Shown here piece by piece: positions 13,203-27,295 of a stretch of DNA of 64,000 bases (the stretch's first letter is position 1; each line of letters starts with the position of its first letter). Under the pieces are notes generated by a model that did not search any database, was not told the origin of the DNA, and saw only the letters and a list, made by a program, of their open reading frames with translations. The stretch lies in NCBI RefSeq assembly GCF_009914755.1, contig NC_060935.1. One strand, 5' to 3'. Origin of the DNA: the human T2T-CHM13v2.0 reference genome, Homo sapiens. A program made the translations under genes and the position numbers.

Positions 13203-15104
13203 TGGGGGGCCTCGAGGGCTGGCCGGTTCTACTGCCTGCTCAGGGATCGGGGCACCTCATAAATAAGGATATCTGTCTTCTGGAGTTTTCCATCCATGTT
13301 TCAAAAGAGCCGAGCCCTCCTTCCTTCAGAGGGTGTCCTCCCCAGCATTGTGTTCCCCTGTGACCGTGTTTCGATGTATTTTATCTATTCCTGACTTTGG
13401 AGGCCTGGTGATGTCAGAGGCCTGTTGGCTTGTGGTCCCTGCCGGCTCTTGTCCTGGAGGTCCTCTTAGCATCGTGCTGGTCCTAAACAGAGGCTCAGAA
13501 GGCTGTCCCCAACCTCTGCTGTCCCGGAGCCCCTTCCCTCTGGGTGTCTGTGCATCTAGGCCAGGCCTTGCTCGAGGAGGGTGCAGGCAGCCTGGCAGGG
13601 GAGTCTCTAGGCATGAGCTGGCCAAGGTCCCTGGCACTGTCCGAGCTGCCCAGGGGTGGCCCGGAAAGGTTCCCAGACTGCGATATCTCGATGGGCCACC
13701 GTGTCTTAGCATGGGCCGCCTGGTTTTCCACAGAAGATGTCTGGCCAATCCTAGAGCCACCAAATTTCCAGGCAGTGGGCTGTCCCATGTTCCCAAGAAC
13801 AACCCTGGGCTGGCTGCCACACGGCTACTAGCTGTGTGTCAGGCCTACGTAGATGTACTTTGCATACACTATCTCCATTAGAGACTGGGGTGTAGATAGG
13901 ATTGCAATCCACAATTCCCAGATGAGGAAACTGAGGCACAGAGAAGCTGGTAGGTGGCCCAGCCATGATGGGAAGCTAGGGTGGGAAGCGCTGAGGGAGC
14001 AGCTCTCCTCCTCAGGTATTCAGACCTGCCTAATGGTGCAAATGCCTCAGCCACATTCCTGCCTCTAGGTGGGGCATCTTGCACGTGTGTTCCCGAGGGC
14101 TTTGCCTGCTGGCTGGGAATTCCTGGGCTAAAGAGCTGAGCACTTGCATTTTCTGACTCCCATAACTGTTGGTCAGAACCGAGGTGGGGTGTAGAGGTCC
14201 TGAAGCCAGCCCAGAAAGGTCTGGTTACTGACCCACCCACCAGCTGTTGCCTTTCCCTGCAGACCGGGAAACGCGGTGTGGACTCTCACTGCTTCTCCGG
14301 CTTGGAAACGGCGTTCCTGTCTTTGCCTTCTCCCTGGGGCTGGAATCCCTCCTGGACAGGCCTAAGGCATGTCATGGGTCCCCCTCCCTCCCTGCTGTAA
14401 CCCCAGAGCCCCCATGGGGAACCCGCAGCTTCCATCATCCTCAGGGGCCCAGTGTCCCAGGAGGGGACTGTGGAGAGGTGTTTGTACTCCTGGGTGTGTC
14501 TGGGCTGCCACTTGCCCAGGGTCTGGGAGGTGACCTTGTGCCAGATGGGGCTGGAAGCTCCCTGAGGGTAGGGGCGGGGCTTACCCTGGTGCACCTGTGT
14601 TGCACGTGGCCTCGGATCTCGTTCCTGTCATGTCTTGGGGTCTTTTCTATTCCCAAGGTTGTCGTAGGAAGGCGTTTGCTGACAAATGAGACCTGGCTCC
14701 CTCCAGATTCTGATTCTGTCCCTCTCTTCGTGAGCCTGGATGGGTCGGGCCCCCTGAAGCCTCATGCTTTCCTCCGGAAAACGGGAGGAGGAGGCTGGCT
14801 TGCTGATCCCCAAGGTCTCTCTCAGGACAGCCTTAGTGGTTTGGGGGGTGATGCTGCAGTCAGGCCTGGGTGGAAGTCCCAACTCCATTCCAGCCTCCCT
14901 GGGTGGCACTGGGTGACCTGGCACCTCCAGACCTCCGTTTACTCATCTGTAAAATGGAGAGAACCCAGGGCCCCCTGGGTACCTGACCACAGGGAATGCA
15001 GCTCCTTGGTTGTTCAGCACCATTTCTGCCACGTAAAGAGTGTTGCTCCTCTTCCTTCAATGTCATTACTTTCAATGATGAGGAGAGTGAAGTGATTTTT
15101 TTTT

Positions 15105-16290
15105 TTTTTGGGTGGAGTGTTATTGAGCCATAATTAGCACACAGCAAAAGTGGCTCTTTTTACAGTTTGGTGACTTCTGACAAAGACACAATCGTGCAAC
15201 GACCACTGTAGTCCAGGCATAGTACAGCGCTGTCTCCCAGAAGTCCCTCAATGCTGCCCCTTGGCCGTCAACGCCTGCCCCCACCCCAGCCCCTAGAAAC
15301 CAATGACCTGGTTTTTATTCCTGTGGTTTTCCAGCATGTCATAGAAATGGAAGTGTGCATTGTGCAGCTCTCTGCCTGTGACTCTATCACTTGCCATATG
15401 CATTTGAGATTCACCCATGTTGTTGTGTGTATCTGTAGATAGTTCCTTTTTACTGTTGAATATTGTGTGACCATTGCACGAAGGCTGGGTTGTATGAATA
15501 TGCCACAGCTTGCTTTCCCACATACCAGTTAATGGACATTTGAGTTGTTTCCACTTGTGGCTGCTATGAATAAAGCTGCTGCAAACATTTGTATCCGGGT
15601 CTTTGGGTGCACATATGTTTTCTTCTGGGCACATGCCAGAAGTGGGATTATCACTGGATTGTATGTTAAGTGTACATTTAACTGTATAAGAAACTGCCAA
15701 ACTCTTTCCTGACATGGCTGCATCGTGTTACGTTCCCAACAGCAAGGTATGAGAGTTCCAGTTGCTCCACATCTTTGTCAACACTTGGTATTGTCAGTTT
15801 TAAATTTTAGCCACTTTAGTAAGTGTATGGTGGTTTTAATTTGCCTTTCCTGACTCTCTAATGTTGTTGAACATCTTTTCAGTTTGCCATCCAGTTGCTT
15901 ATTTGCTGTCTGTTTTCATCTTTGGTGAAGTGTCAGTTCAAATTTTGTGTATTTAAAAAATAGGCGTTGTTTTTCTTATGACTGAGTTGTAAGAGTTCTT
16001 CTATGTTCTAGATGAGAGATATTTATAATGTACACAATTTGGAAATATTGTCTCGTAGCCTGTGGCTTGTCTTTTCATTTTATTAGCAGTGTCTTTTGAG
16101 GAGAAATTTCTGTTTTGATGAGGTCTAATTTATGATTTTGTTCTTTTATACTTTGTGCTTTTTGAGTCCTACCTAAGAATTCATGCCTGTCTCAAAGTTG
16201 CAGAACTTCTGCTCTGTTTTCTTCCAGGCTTGTAGTTGTAGGTTTTACATTTAGGTCTGTGACCCTTTGGTGTGAATTCACTTTTGTCTA
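15105..16290 (-). mobile_element. Old L1 (L1MB/MC-type) 3' region
   Basis: T-rich start; ttgagattcacccatgttgttgtgtgtatc, gaaactgccaaactcttt, ccacatctttgtcaacacttggtattgtc. Confidence 0.85.
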
Positions 16291-16500
16291 CAGTGCCCTG
16301 CAGTGCCCACGTCCTGTGGCCACCAGCAGCTGGCCAGGCTTTCCCTGTCACAGTTGCCTTTGTCCACCTGGGCAGCTGGCTTGGCCAAGTCTTCTCTGCC
16401 ACCTGTGAACAACAGATGTGAAGCTGTTGGGCCACCCTGCGGGTTTTGGTGCTGGTGTCAGCCTTTGCCCAACTGTTTGTCCTCAGAACTGCAGGGTGAC

Positions 16501-17226
16501 TGTATTAGTTCATTTGCACATTGCTATAAGGAAATACCTGAGATTGGGTAATTTATAAAGAAAAGAGGTTTAACTTGCTCACCATTCCACAGGCTGTACA
16601 GGAAGCATGGCTGGGGAGGCCTCAGGAAACTTACAATCATGGCAGAAGGCGAAGGGGAAGCAGACATGTCTTACATGGCTGGAGAAAGGGGAAGAGAAAA
16701 CAGAGGGAAGAGCCACACACTTTTAAACAACTGGATCTCACTCATAGTGAGAACTCACTCACTATGACCAGAAAAGCAAGGAGGAAATCCACCCCCATGA
16801 CCCAGTCATCTCCCACCAGGCCTTTCTTTTTCTTTTTCTTTCTTTTTTTTTTTTTTTTTTTTTTTTGAGACAGAGTTTCGCTCTGTTGCCCAGGCTGGAG
16901 TGCAGTGGTGCAATCTTGGCTCACTGCAACCTCCGCCTCCTGGGTTCAAGTGATTCTCCTGCCTTAGCCTCTTGAGTAGCTGTGACTACAGGCACGTGCC
17001 ACCACACCTGGCTAATTTTTTGTACTTTTAGTAGGGATGGGGTTTTGCTGTGTTAGCCAGGATGGCCTCGATCTTCTGACCTCCTGATCTGCCCACCTCA
17101 GCCTCCCAAAGTGCTGGGGTTACAGGTGCGAGCCACCACGCCTGGCCTCACCAGGCCTTTCTTTCAGCACTGGGAATTATAATTCAACATGAGATTTGGA
17201 TGGGAATACAGAGCCAAACCATATCA
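16501..17226 (-). mobile_element. MSTA-type MaLR solo LTR, interrupted by an Alu
   Basis: tgtattagttcatttgcacattgctataagg ... gccaaaccatatca; 5-bp TSD gtgac at 16496-16500 and 17227-17231. Confidence 0.9.
16830..17147 (-). mobile_element. AluS inserted in the MSTA LTR
   Basis: TSD caccaggcctttcttt at 16814-16829 and 17149-17164. Confidence 0.95.
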
Positions 17227-18335
17227 GTGACCTTGTCTAGGGGACCCCAAGGCTGGATCCTGCCCACTGCTTAGAAAATGCAGTTGCTGGATGAGCCACC
17301 ACTGCTGTCCTTTCCAGCCCCGGGCAGCTGCTGCTTGCCTGTGACCCAGGAGTTCTCCTCCTCCTCTCTGTCCAGCCTGGAGGCACCTTCCCTATCTGTG
17401 TGTGGGCTGAGCCACCCAGCCCAAACACAAACATTTTTATCAGACTCTACCCACTCTCCTCACCCGCCAGCAGGTTCCTGGCCCCATTTCTCAGGGTGGG
17501 GGGAGTGAGTTATTTGTCTAAGGTGGAACAGTGTGAGTGGCAGAACTGGGAATCGATCACTCGATGCCATGTAACTTTCCCAGGTCAGGTCTCACCACGT
17601 CAGGCCGCCTAAATCTGCATCCACGCGGGAACCTGGGTGTGATTTAACCAATGTCATTGGCAGGAGCTTATTTCAGGGTGAGGGTGCTGCCGGTCCCCCT
17701 CCTGGACAGTGGGTCTCCTCCGGGTTGCAAATTTCTTGTGTTTTGTGTCTCTTCCCTCAGTGACCCAGGAGGCTCTCACGTGGAGTCCCCAGAACAGCAT
17801 CAACTCCTCACGATGCTCCTGACGGTGGTGGACAGACTCTCCATGCCCCGATGAAGTTGTGAGTCACATACATCCCTGTCCACAGCACCCGGTACTCAGT
17901 AGGTGGTCCCATAAATGTTTGTGGCACAAGTGAATGAACTTGGAACCATCCATCTAGTGGAAATTGTAAATTATAACAAAACCCAATGGACCGTGAAAGC
18001 CAGGGTCAAGGCTGGGGCCTGCTGAGGCCCTGTCATCGAGGGAGTTTTTGTGCTGGTAAAGATGATGACTGCCCTGGTGCAGGGCCCGTGTAGCCCAACA
18101 TGTCTAGTCCGTGGCGGGCTCTTACTGGGGATGAGGGGCCTCCAGGAGGAGCAGGCCTGGGCACAGACTTCTGACCTGGGCACAGTTGGGAAGGGTGACA
18201 AGGGGTCAGAGCAGGCTCTTGGCCTCAGGTCAAAGGACAGGAGTCCTCCTGACTCTGCTGTGTCTGAAGCCCACAGTGAATGCAATGCAGAAAAAGCAGT
18301 GCTTGACCCTTTGTTTTCTCCGGGGTTAGGATCCC

Positions 18336-18692
18336 TGATATGATTGGGCTGTGTCCCCACCCAAATCTTGCCTTGAATTGTAATGATCCCCACATGTCAG
18401 GAGTGGGGCCAGGTGGAGATCATTGAATCACGGGGGTGGTTCCCCCTGTACTGTTCTTGTGGTAGTGAATAAGTCTCATGAGATCTGATGGTTTTATAAA
18501 GGGGAGTTCCCCGGCACATGCTCTCTCTTGCCTGCCCCCATGGAAGATGTGTCTTGCTTCTCCTTTGCCTTCTGCCATGATTGTGAGGCCTCCCTGGCCA
18601 TGTGCAACTGTGAGTCAATTAAACTTCTTTCCTTTAAAAATTACCCAGTCCCAGGTATGTCTTTATTAGCAGCATGAGAACAAACTAATGCG
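18336..18692 (+). mobile_element. THE1 solo LTR
   Basis: tgatatgattgggctgtgtccccacccaaatc ... ctttattagcagcatgagaacaaactaat; near-TSD atccc/atctc. Confidence 0.92.
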
Positions 18693-19307
18693 ATCTCACA
18701 GAGAGCAGCGCTGGTGGTCAGAAGGAAGCTTCTGTGTTTGAGGAGGGACACTCAGGTCCCACCCCAAGCCCATGCTGTGACCTGGGGCTGCAGTTATTTT
18801 GATTCCCATTATGTGGGGAACCAAGACCCAGAGAGGGAGGACACTTGCCTGGGACTGCCCAACTTTGGAAGGAAGATCCTGCCCCTCAGCTGGGGAGGCC
18901 TGGATGGCACTGGCGGCCGGGGAGGTGCGGCAGGAGCGAGGACTGATGGGTGAGTGCAGGCTGCATGCAGCCTTGCTGGGACCTTGTGGGAGGGGAGACC
19001 CTGAGTCCTGATGGGAGTTCGAGAAACCCAGGACCAGCAGAGGTGAGGAACAGGCCTGGCCTGCTTTCCTCCTGTCCGTGAGCTGGCCGTGGGTTCCACC
19101 GACACGGCCCTGCCCTGGGACCTTGGTGGACAGGCAGAGAGGCTGTGTATACATCAATGGCCTGGGTTCCTGCAGGGCTCAGGGTCCCCTGGTCTCAGCA
19201 AGGGCCTCAAGAATGGCTGGAGAAGGGAACACACCTTTGTCAGGGACTGTCCAGCTGCCAGGCTTGGTGCTGCAGCCTCTCCACCTGCAGCCTCACCAAT
19301 CCCTCCA

Positions 19308-19527
19308 AGCTGGGGTTTCTCCACTGTGGTGGCACTATCCACATTTTGGACAGGGTAATTCTTTGTGGAGGCTGTCCTGTATGTTGTAGGATGTTCAGCA
19401 GCATCCCTGGCTTCTATCCACCAGATGCCAGTAGCACCCCCCGCAAGCCCTGCCCAGCATGACAACCAAATATGTCTCCAGACATTGCCAAATGTCCCTC
19501 TGTGGGTCCCCTGGGTGAGAGCCACTG
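19308..19527. mobile_element. MER20 (hAT-Charlie)
   Basis: ttgtaggatgttcagcagcatccctggc...ccagatgccagtagcacc...tgtctccagacattgccaaatgtcc. Confidence 0.85.
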
Positions 19528-20665
19528 CTTGCCATCACTCCGCATTTCGAGAAGGCAAACTGAGGCTCTAGAGAGGCCGAAGACTCACTCACAGGCACCT
19601 GACATGTCCAGGGAGAGCTGGGGCTTGGTTAGCTCACAGTCTCTCTCCCAGCAGGGCTGGAAGCCCAGGAGAGCTTGTTGCATTCCCTGCTGCATTTTCA
19701 GGGCTTGGCACTGTGCCTGGCACACAGTAGGTGCTCAGGGACTTTGCATGTGAACGGTGAGTGAGTGAATGAGCTGATACAGGAATAGGTTCTGGGTTGG
19801 TCTCAGGTTCCCAACTCTGCCCTGCTTCCTCCTTGCGTGGCCTTCCAAGTGGCTTAGGTTCCAGGTGGAGGGTGTGGCTCTTGTCACCGTGTGTTCCCCT
19901 GTGACTGTACTTCAATGCATTTGTATCTCTTCCTGGCTTTGGAGGTCTGGTGACATCAGAGGCCTGGGGTGGGGCCAGGTGGGTGTGCTGAGTTTGTGCT
20001 GGTAGTGTGAGCCCCCAGCTTTGGTGCACGCGTGTGGGTGCATGGAATGAAGGCCTTTGGAGCATGGGGGCATCAAGGAGCAAGCAGAAGTGGCAGTGCC
20101 CAAGACAGGGCAGGCAGGGCTGGGTGGACACTGGAGCCAACAGCTGGTTCCAGTCCTGGGTCAGACATGGCCGAGCTGAGTGACCTGGGGCAATGAGCTG
20201 AAGCTGCCTTTGTCGGTGGGATGGGGATGCCAAGGATACCCTCTTGCCCAGGGAGTCAGTGGGATACTTGTCAAGTGTGTACCTTGACCCTGCCTCTGCG
20301 TAGCAAGGGCCTGGCAAAAGCAAATTCTCATTCTCTCTAGAGGCAGGAGTTGCTCCAGTCACTCTCCTGCTGAGGAGTCCCAAGTCTGCTCTGCTCTCTG
20401 ATGCTATCATTAGTATCATCTGCACTCCTGTACCAATGGTCCAGGTTCAGGGGCATGAGGGAGCCAGCAGGGTCTTGTCCTCAGGGGCTCCTGAGGTTAT
20501 GGGAGTGGACACCGTACCAAAGTGTATGTCAAGTTCACTGTGTGGGGCCCAGGGGAGGGTAAAATTGTGGCCAACCCTCAGAGCAGTCTTCCCAGGAGTG
20601 GGAATGGAGGTGGGCTTGACCCTGGCTTCTGAGGAAGGGAAGGACTCTGAAAAACCAAAGAGGTA

Positions 20666-21168
20666 TGTATCAGTTGTTTATTATTGCACAACAAATTTCC
20701 CCAGCACTTAATGGGTTAACACAAGAAGAAACATCTATTATCTCACACAGTTTCTGTGGGTCAGGAATTTGGGAGTGGCTTAGCTGGGCAGTCCTGGCTC
20801 TGGGTCTCTCATGAGGTTGTGGTCAAGGCGTTGGCTGGGCTGCATCATCAGAAGGCTTGACTGAGGCCAAGGATCTGCTTCCAAATGCAGATTCTCATGT
20901 GTTTGGCAAACTGGTGGGAGGCCTCAGCTCCTGGCAACGGAGACCTCTCCACAGCAATGCTTGAGTGTCCTCACAACGTGGTGGCTGATTTTCCCCAGAG
21001 CATGTGATCCAAGAAGCCACAACATCTTTTATCATCTAGCCTGGAAAATCACACCCCATCATTTCTATTGGTTGCAGAGGTCAGTCTTATTAAGTGAGGG
21101 AGGGCACTACACAAGGGTGTGGATACCAGTGGGGAGGAATATGGAAGCCATCTTAGAAACTGGCTACA
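20666..21168 (-). mobile_element. MLT1F/H-type MaLR LTR
   Basis: ctcacacagtttctgtgggtcaggaatttgggagtggcttagctggg ... gccatcttagaaactggctacaaca. Confidence 0.75.
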
Positions 21169-21204
21169 ACAAAGAAGGAGATGCATTCCTGGTGGGGCCC
21201 CTGA

Positions 21205-21750
21205 GCCAAACCTTATCAGTTAGGTTCCTACAAGCCTTGGCTACATTTTTGCCAACTGATCAATACGTACCTTTGTTTTATGTGTGTTTCTGTTGGAAGA
21301 CACCTCATTTTCTATCTGTGGCTGACTCATTAACACTGAACTCATGGCCAGCAGCACCATACCTCATGCCTGAAAGAGGCTCACCTAGCGCAAGTCTATC
21401 TCCATTAGGCATGTCACAGCCTTTCCAATTTAGGAACATTAGACGGCACTTTAAGTGGTAGAATCACAAGCAAAATGCACAAACACGTGGATAAAGTGGC
21501 ATTAAGTACATCGCAGAAATGACACCTGTTTCAGTACAACAGGTTGAGAGCCAAGACAAGAAGGCTGTGTGTCGGCTGGTTCAGCCTCAGCTAGGAACAT
21601 GGACGTCAAGCAGTGCAGACGCTTTGCCACCTGCACATGTCTATATGTGGCTAGAGGCACTGAGAGTGTTGATTTGAGGCTACACATGCATTTTTAGCGA
21701 GTGGGCATAGTCACAAGTGTGGAATCTGCATGTAGCGGGGATGGCCTGCA
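21205..21750 (-). mobile_element. TcMar-Tigger-derived element (MER82-like)
   Basis: End atttttagcgagtgggcatagtcacaagtgtggaatctgc resembles the recalled MER82 terminus. Confidence 0.55.
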
Positions 21751-22027
21751 CTAACCAAACAGGACCACACTATGAAAGCAAAGAGATGGGAAGCGAGCTC
21801 AGCCAGGGAGGTCAGCAGGGGCCTCTCTGAGAAGGCGGCATGAACTCTGCAACCTGAAGGACGAGGAGCAGGCAGCAGGCGGAAGGTCTTTTCTCTAGGT
21901 CAAGTTCAGAGCACTGACCAGGCCTGGGTGGTTGCCATTACGTTCAACATAACTTTGGGGGATTTGTTTCCACTCTTTGAGTTTGCCCCATGGGTAGTCT
22001 TTTCTCTCTTTTTGTAGCTTCATTTAG

Positions 22028-22342
<315 letters not shown>

Positions 22343-22587
22343 CAGATTGTTTATTTTTCTTCTCATTTTATTTTCTCCTCCTCCACTACTTTGGAACTTA
22401 TATATTCAATTTCTGTTCTTATGGTGGTGACCCTAGAAATTTTGGATCAACTGAATAATTTGTCTCTTAGATGAAAAATTTGTCTCTGAATATTTGTACT
22501 AAAACATACTAAGACCAAAAGTCAAAACATCATATTAGTTAACAGAAAATTGTTGTGATGTAGGCAATAAAAGGGAATTGAAAGCAT

Positions 22588-22884
22588 TATTATTATTATT
22601 ATTTGAGAGAAGGTCTTCCTCTGTTACCTGGGCCGGAGTGCAGTGGCGTGATCTCGGTTCACTGCAACCTCTGCGTCCGAGGCTCAAGGAATCCTCCTGC
22701 CTTAGCTTCCCTAGTAGCTGGCACTACAGGTGCACACCAACATGCCTGGCCAAATTTTGTATTTTTTGTAGAGATGGGGTTTTGCCATGTTGCCCAGGCT
22801 GGTGTTGAACTCCTGGGCTCAAGCGATCCACCCACCTTGGCCTCCCAAAATGCTAGGATTATAGGCATGAGACACTGTGCCCGG
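22588..22884 (-). mobile_element. AluJ-like element
   Basis: Antisense Alu with (TTA)n tail. Confidence 0.92.
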
Positions 22885-22948
22885 CAGAAAGGATTATTTT
22901 AAAATCAGTTGTGCCATATACATTTGGCCAAATATGAGGCCAACAAAT

Positions 22949-23262
22949 TGTTACTGAGTGGTGGGCTCACTATCCAATACTATGGCACAGGCTTTTGGAA
23001 AAAAGAAAGAGCTTTATTGTGAGTCAATGGCAAGGAGACAGGAGGCAGTGTTCAAATCTGTCTCTCTGATCTGGGGTGGGTGGAGCTTTTATGGCATTTA
23101 TAACTAGTCCCAGTTGATGCCCACACAGCTGGTCTGCCAGGCTGGCAGCATTAACAGGAGGTTAAAGTGTTTTCTCTTGTGCACGCCTGGGCAATTCCGG
23201 CTCTGCATCACCAGTAACAACTTACGCAATGGTTGATCAGTTTGAGCTGGTCTCACGGTTAC
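22949..23262 (-). mobile_element. ERV1-class LTR fragment (subfamily uncertain)
   Basis: TG...CA ends; gctttattgtgagtcaatggcaaggagacaggagg (antisense poly(A) signal in LTR-like context). Confidence 0.55.
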
Positions 23263-24057
23263 AATATATTTTAATATCTACATTACCCAAAACCCATATT
23301 TCCCTCTCCATAGCATGGCTGCGATGACACTTGATTTTGTGGCTGAAACAGGACTCTTGATTTGCCAGTAATGACCTGGACCACCAAACTCTGTCAGATG
23401 CCATTCAAAGTAATGCTTGCATACATCACAACAGAAATTATAGATTTTGACCACACTATGAGCTGAAATTCCAGTAATAGCAGTAGGTGCTTTCTTTGTG
23501 ACTTCTGTAAATCATAAGAATAGAAGGTGAAGCCATGTTTCCAGGGAAATGTTGGATTTTGTGGAAAAAGCTCCCTTTTCAGAGGCCCATGACAATTGGC
23601 AATTTCTCTGAATAGCTATCTTTGCATTGATGTTGTACCACTCACTGTAAGTACTGGCGAAGTGAGGAACATTCAGGGGCCACAGATAACAACTTACCTT
23701 GCTTGAAGAGGTCAGTGGCTGGGAGGCTTGAAGCCTTAACAATAATAGGCTGTGGTGTATCATGAAAGAAACATCTACCCATTGGAAGAGGTGAAACGAA
23801 AATGCCCTCAAAAATAAAACTGCTAAAAAATAAAATCTGAATTTGACCTTCAGGAGTTAATCATAGTTGAAGAATTTGATCTGCAGGACCTGGCAGGGAC
23901 AAATTGTTAAATTGATCTGAAATTTTGACCAGGTGTGCTAAACTTGTAAAGGTCGAAGTTAATCAATATTTCATGCTTCTTCCAAATGGTACAAAATCAT
24001 AGAATCATCTCCTGTCTCTCCTCTTCTGACTTATATGCAATTGTGTTATATCGTTTA

Positions 24058-24429
24058 TGTTATGGTCTGGCTGTGTGCCTTGTAGTTCCCATAATCTCAT
24101 CTTGTAGTTCCCATAATCCCCACAGGTCATGGGAGGTACCAGGTGGAGATACTTGAATCACGGGGGCGGTTTCCCCCATCTGTTCTTGATACTGAGTGAG
24201 TTCTCACAAGATGTGATGTTTTTATAAGGGGCTTCCCTCTTTTGCTCAGCACTTCTCCTTGCTGCTGCCACGTGAAGAAGGATGTGTTTGCTTCCCCTTC
24301 CCCATAACAGTAAGTTTCCTGACGCCTCTCCAGCCATGCAGAACTGTGAGTCAATGAAACCTCTTCTCTTTATAAATTACCCAGTCTCGGGTATGTCTTT
24401 ATTAGCAGCGTGAGAACGGACCTAATACA
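24058..24429 (+). mobile_element. THE1 solo LTR
   Basis: tgttatggtctggctgtgt ... gaacggacctaataca; perfect TSD gttta at 24053-24057 and 24430-24434; internal 18-bp duplication cttgtagttcccataatc. Confidence 0.92.
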
Positions 24430-24934
24430 GTTTACTTCTAATTTTGACTTCGACAAGCAGACCTGACTTTTCTTGTTTTATTTGGTCAGGTTTGCTTAGA
24501 TTTCCCCAAATGTTCCCCATGCTCTTTGCACACAATCTTTTCTTGCACCTTACATATTCCTTCTGTGGTAATTTCTCTTTGACCTGAAATATATCCTTTG
24601 GAATTGTCTTTATTGGCATTAATTAGTGCAAACATCTTAATTTTCATTTGCCTAAAAATACATCGACCAAATTAGTCCATTGTTTTCCTTTAGGATTGGT
24701 ACTTTTTATGTGTTGTTAAGATGTCCCTGCCCCCGAGGCTCTAAGATGTTACTCTGTATTGTCCTCTAAATGTTTCATAGTTCTGCCTTTGATGTTTAAC
24801 TGTTAAACCCCTGAAACTGATTTTTGGGTGAGGTATGAGGTAGGAGCCTATGGTGATCATTAGTGTTCTTACCACAGTATTTGCAGCTTTAAATAGTTCA
24901 GGCACATGGTAGGATTTCCAATCTCCACCAAATT

Positions 24935-25400
24935 CTGTATTAGTCATCTATGCTGTATAACAAATTACACAAACTTAGTGGCTTAGAGCAATACCCACTT
25001 ATTAGCTCACAGTTTTCTAGGGCAAGAAGTCCAGGTTGGCTAGGTTCTCTGCCTGGGTTCTCACAAGGCTGAAATCAAGATGGCGGCTGGGACTGTGGTC
25101 CCCAACTGGAGGCTCTGAGGAGGAATATGCTTCCAAGCTCATGGGGTTGTTGACAGAATTCAGTTGCTTTTGGTGTAGAACTGAAGTCCTTGTTTTATTG
25201 CTGGCTGTCAGCTGGAGACACTCTCAACTTCTAGAGGTTGCCCTCAGATTCTAACCTGTGGCCTCTTCTCTCACAGTATGGTAGCTCACTTTTTCAAAAC
25301 CAGCAGAAGAATCTCACTCCACTTGGCTATGATGGAGTCTTATATGGTGTAACCTAATCATGGGACTGACTATCCAATCACATTTGTTAGGCTTGAACAC
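24935..25400 (-). mobile_element. MLT1D/E-type MaLR LTR
   Basis: tgtattagtcatctatgctgtataacaaattacacaaacttagtggcttagagcaatacccacttattagctcacag. Confidence 0.75.
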
Positions 25401-25838
25401 GTGACTTGTTTTGGCCAATGGTGTGCAAGCATAGTGGGGTGTGTCACCTCCTGAGAGAAGCTTTAAGAGCTGTCTGGGACATGCCACATGTCCCTCCCTT
25501 GGCTTCTGTAATTGGGGAAGTGTTTGTAGAGATGAAGCCTCAGGTCCTCAAGAGACAGTAATGGGCAGTACTTTCTTCCTGAGTTTCCCACACTGACTTT
25601 CTAACTCGAAACCTTGGTAGAGTCTGTTCTTATTTTGAATAACTTGTTTGTAGATTATTTTGGAATTTCAACATAGATAATTGCGTTATCTGTGAATAAT
25701 GACAGGATTTTGTCTTCTTTTCCAGTCTTTATGAGTTTATTTTTTTTGCCTTATTGTCCCAGTTGGGGCCTTCAGTACAATTGATGAATTTGACCACATT
25801 ACAATTTAGAGTTTATGTTCATCAAAAAACATGGTAAG

Positions 25839-26545
<707 letters not shown>

Positions 26546-26549
26546 GCTA

Positions 26550-27095
26550 TAGGTTTTATTATTATTCAGATATGATGAGGCCAACAGATCAGGAGATAAC
26601 CATTATTGAAAAGATAGTTTGTTACTCACAGATCTGCAGGGGAGGGGACATGCTGCACCCCGGGGTGGATGGGGGGCACAGGGAAGCAGGGGAGTTGGTC
26701 TGGAGGGATAGGGACTAAGGGGAAAGTGTGGGCAAGAGCCTTGATTGTGGTTTCTGTAGGAAAAAACGAGTGAGGCAGGGCAAGTAGGCATAGGATGGGC
26801 TAGTTTGAATAATGTTACAGGCTCTGGGGCACAGGGACTGTCCCTGCCTGTCTGGTACCTGGCCCTGGGGTGATTATGGCAGGAGGATGGTAGCCCTGAG
26901 TATGAGAACCTGATAGAAGAGGTCGTTGCAAATGTGAGCTCTGGATTAGTTAGTTGGTTTACATTTGAAAGGTGCACTCACAGATGACTTCATTTCTAGA
27001 AATTGGCTAATCCTGGGAGGGGCCATCCCTCCAGGGTCAGCACGTTCCCAGATGTCAAAGCATCAGAATACAGGAAAAAGAAGTAATGGTTAATA
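26550..27095 (-). mobile_element. MER74-like ERVL LTR
   Basis: Antisense of recalled MER74 motifs: tctggtacctggccctggggtgatta, aattggctaatcctgggaggggc...ccctccagggtcagc...cagatgtcaaagcatc. Confidence 0.7.
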
Positions 27096-27295
27096 CAATG
27101 AAGAATGCCTACAAATTCCTAAGAAAAAGAAACAACCAAAGACTCAACTGGTACTTCACAAGAGAAGAAACCCCAAAGGCAATCAGCATAAGAAAAGTCA
27201 ATATGAAAATGCAACCCCGAACTATACCGAGACACTATGTCTCACCCACCAGCTTGGCAAGCACTCAAAAGCCCGTGTTGGTGAGGATGAGAAGT

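Noticed and set aside
12778-13266. ORFs with KPRKCSLQ or EAQEMQLA repeats
   Set aside because: Translations of the 24-bp minisatellite.
19634-20425. 263-aa minus-strand ORF
   Set aside because: Crosses MIR and L2 fragments; no domain or codon-bias support.
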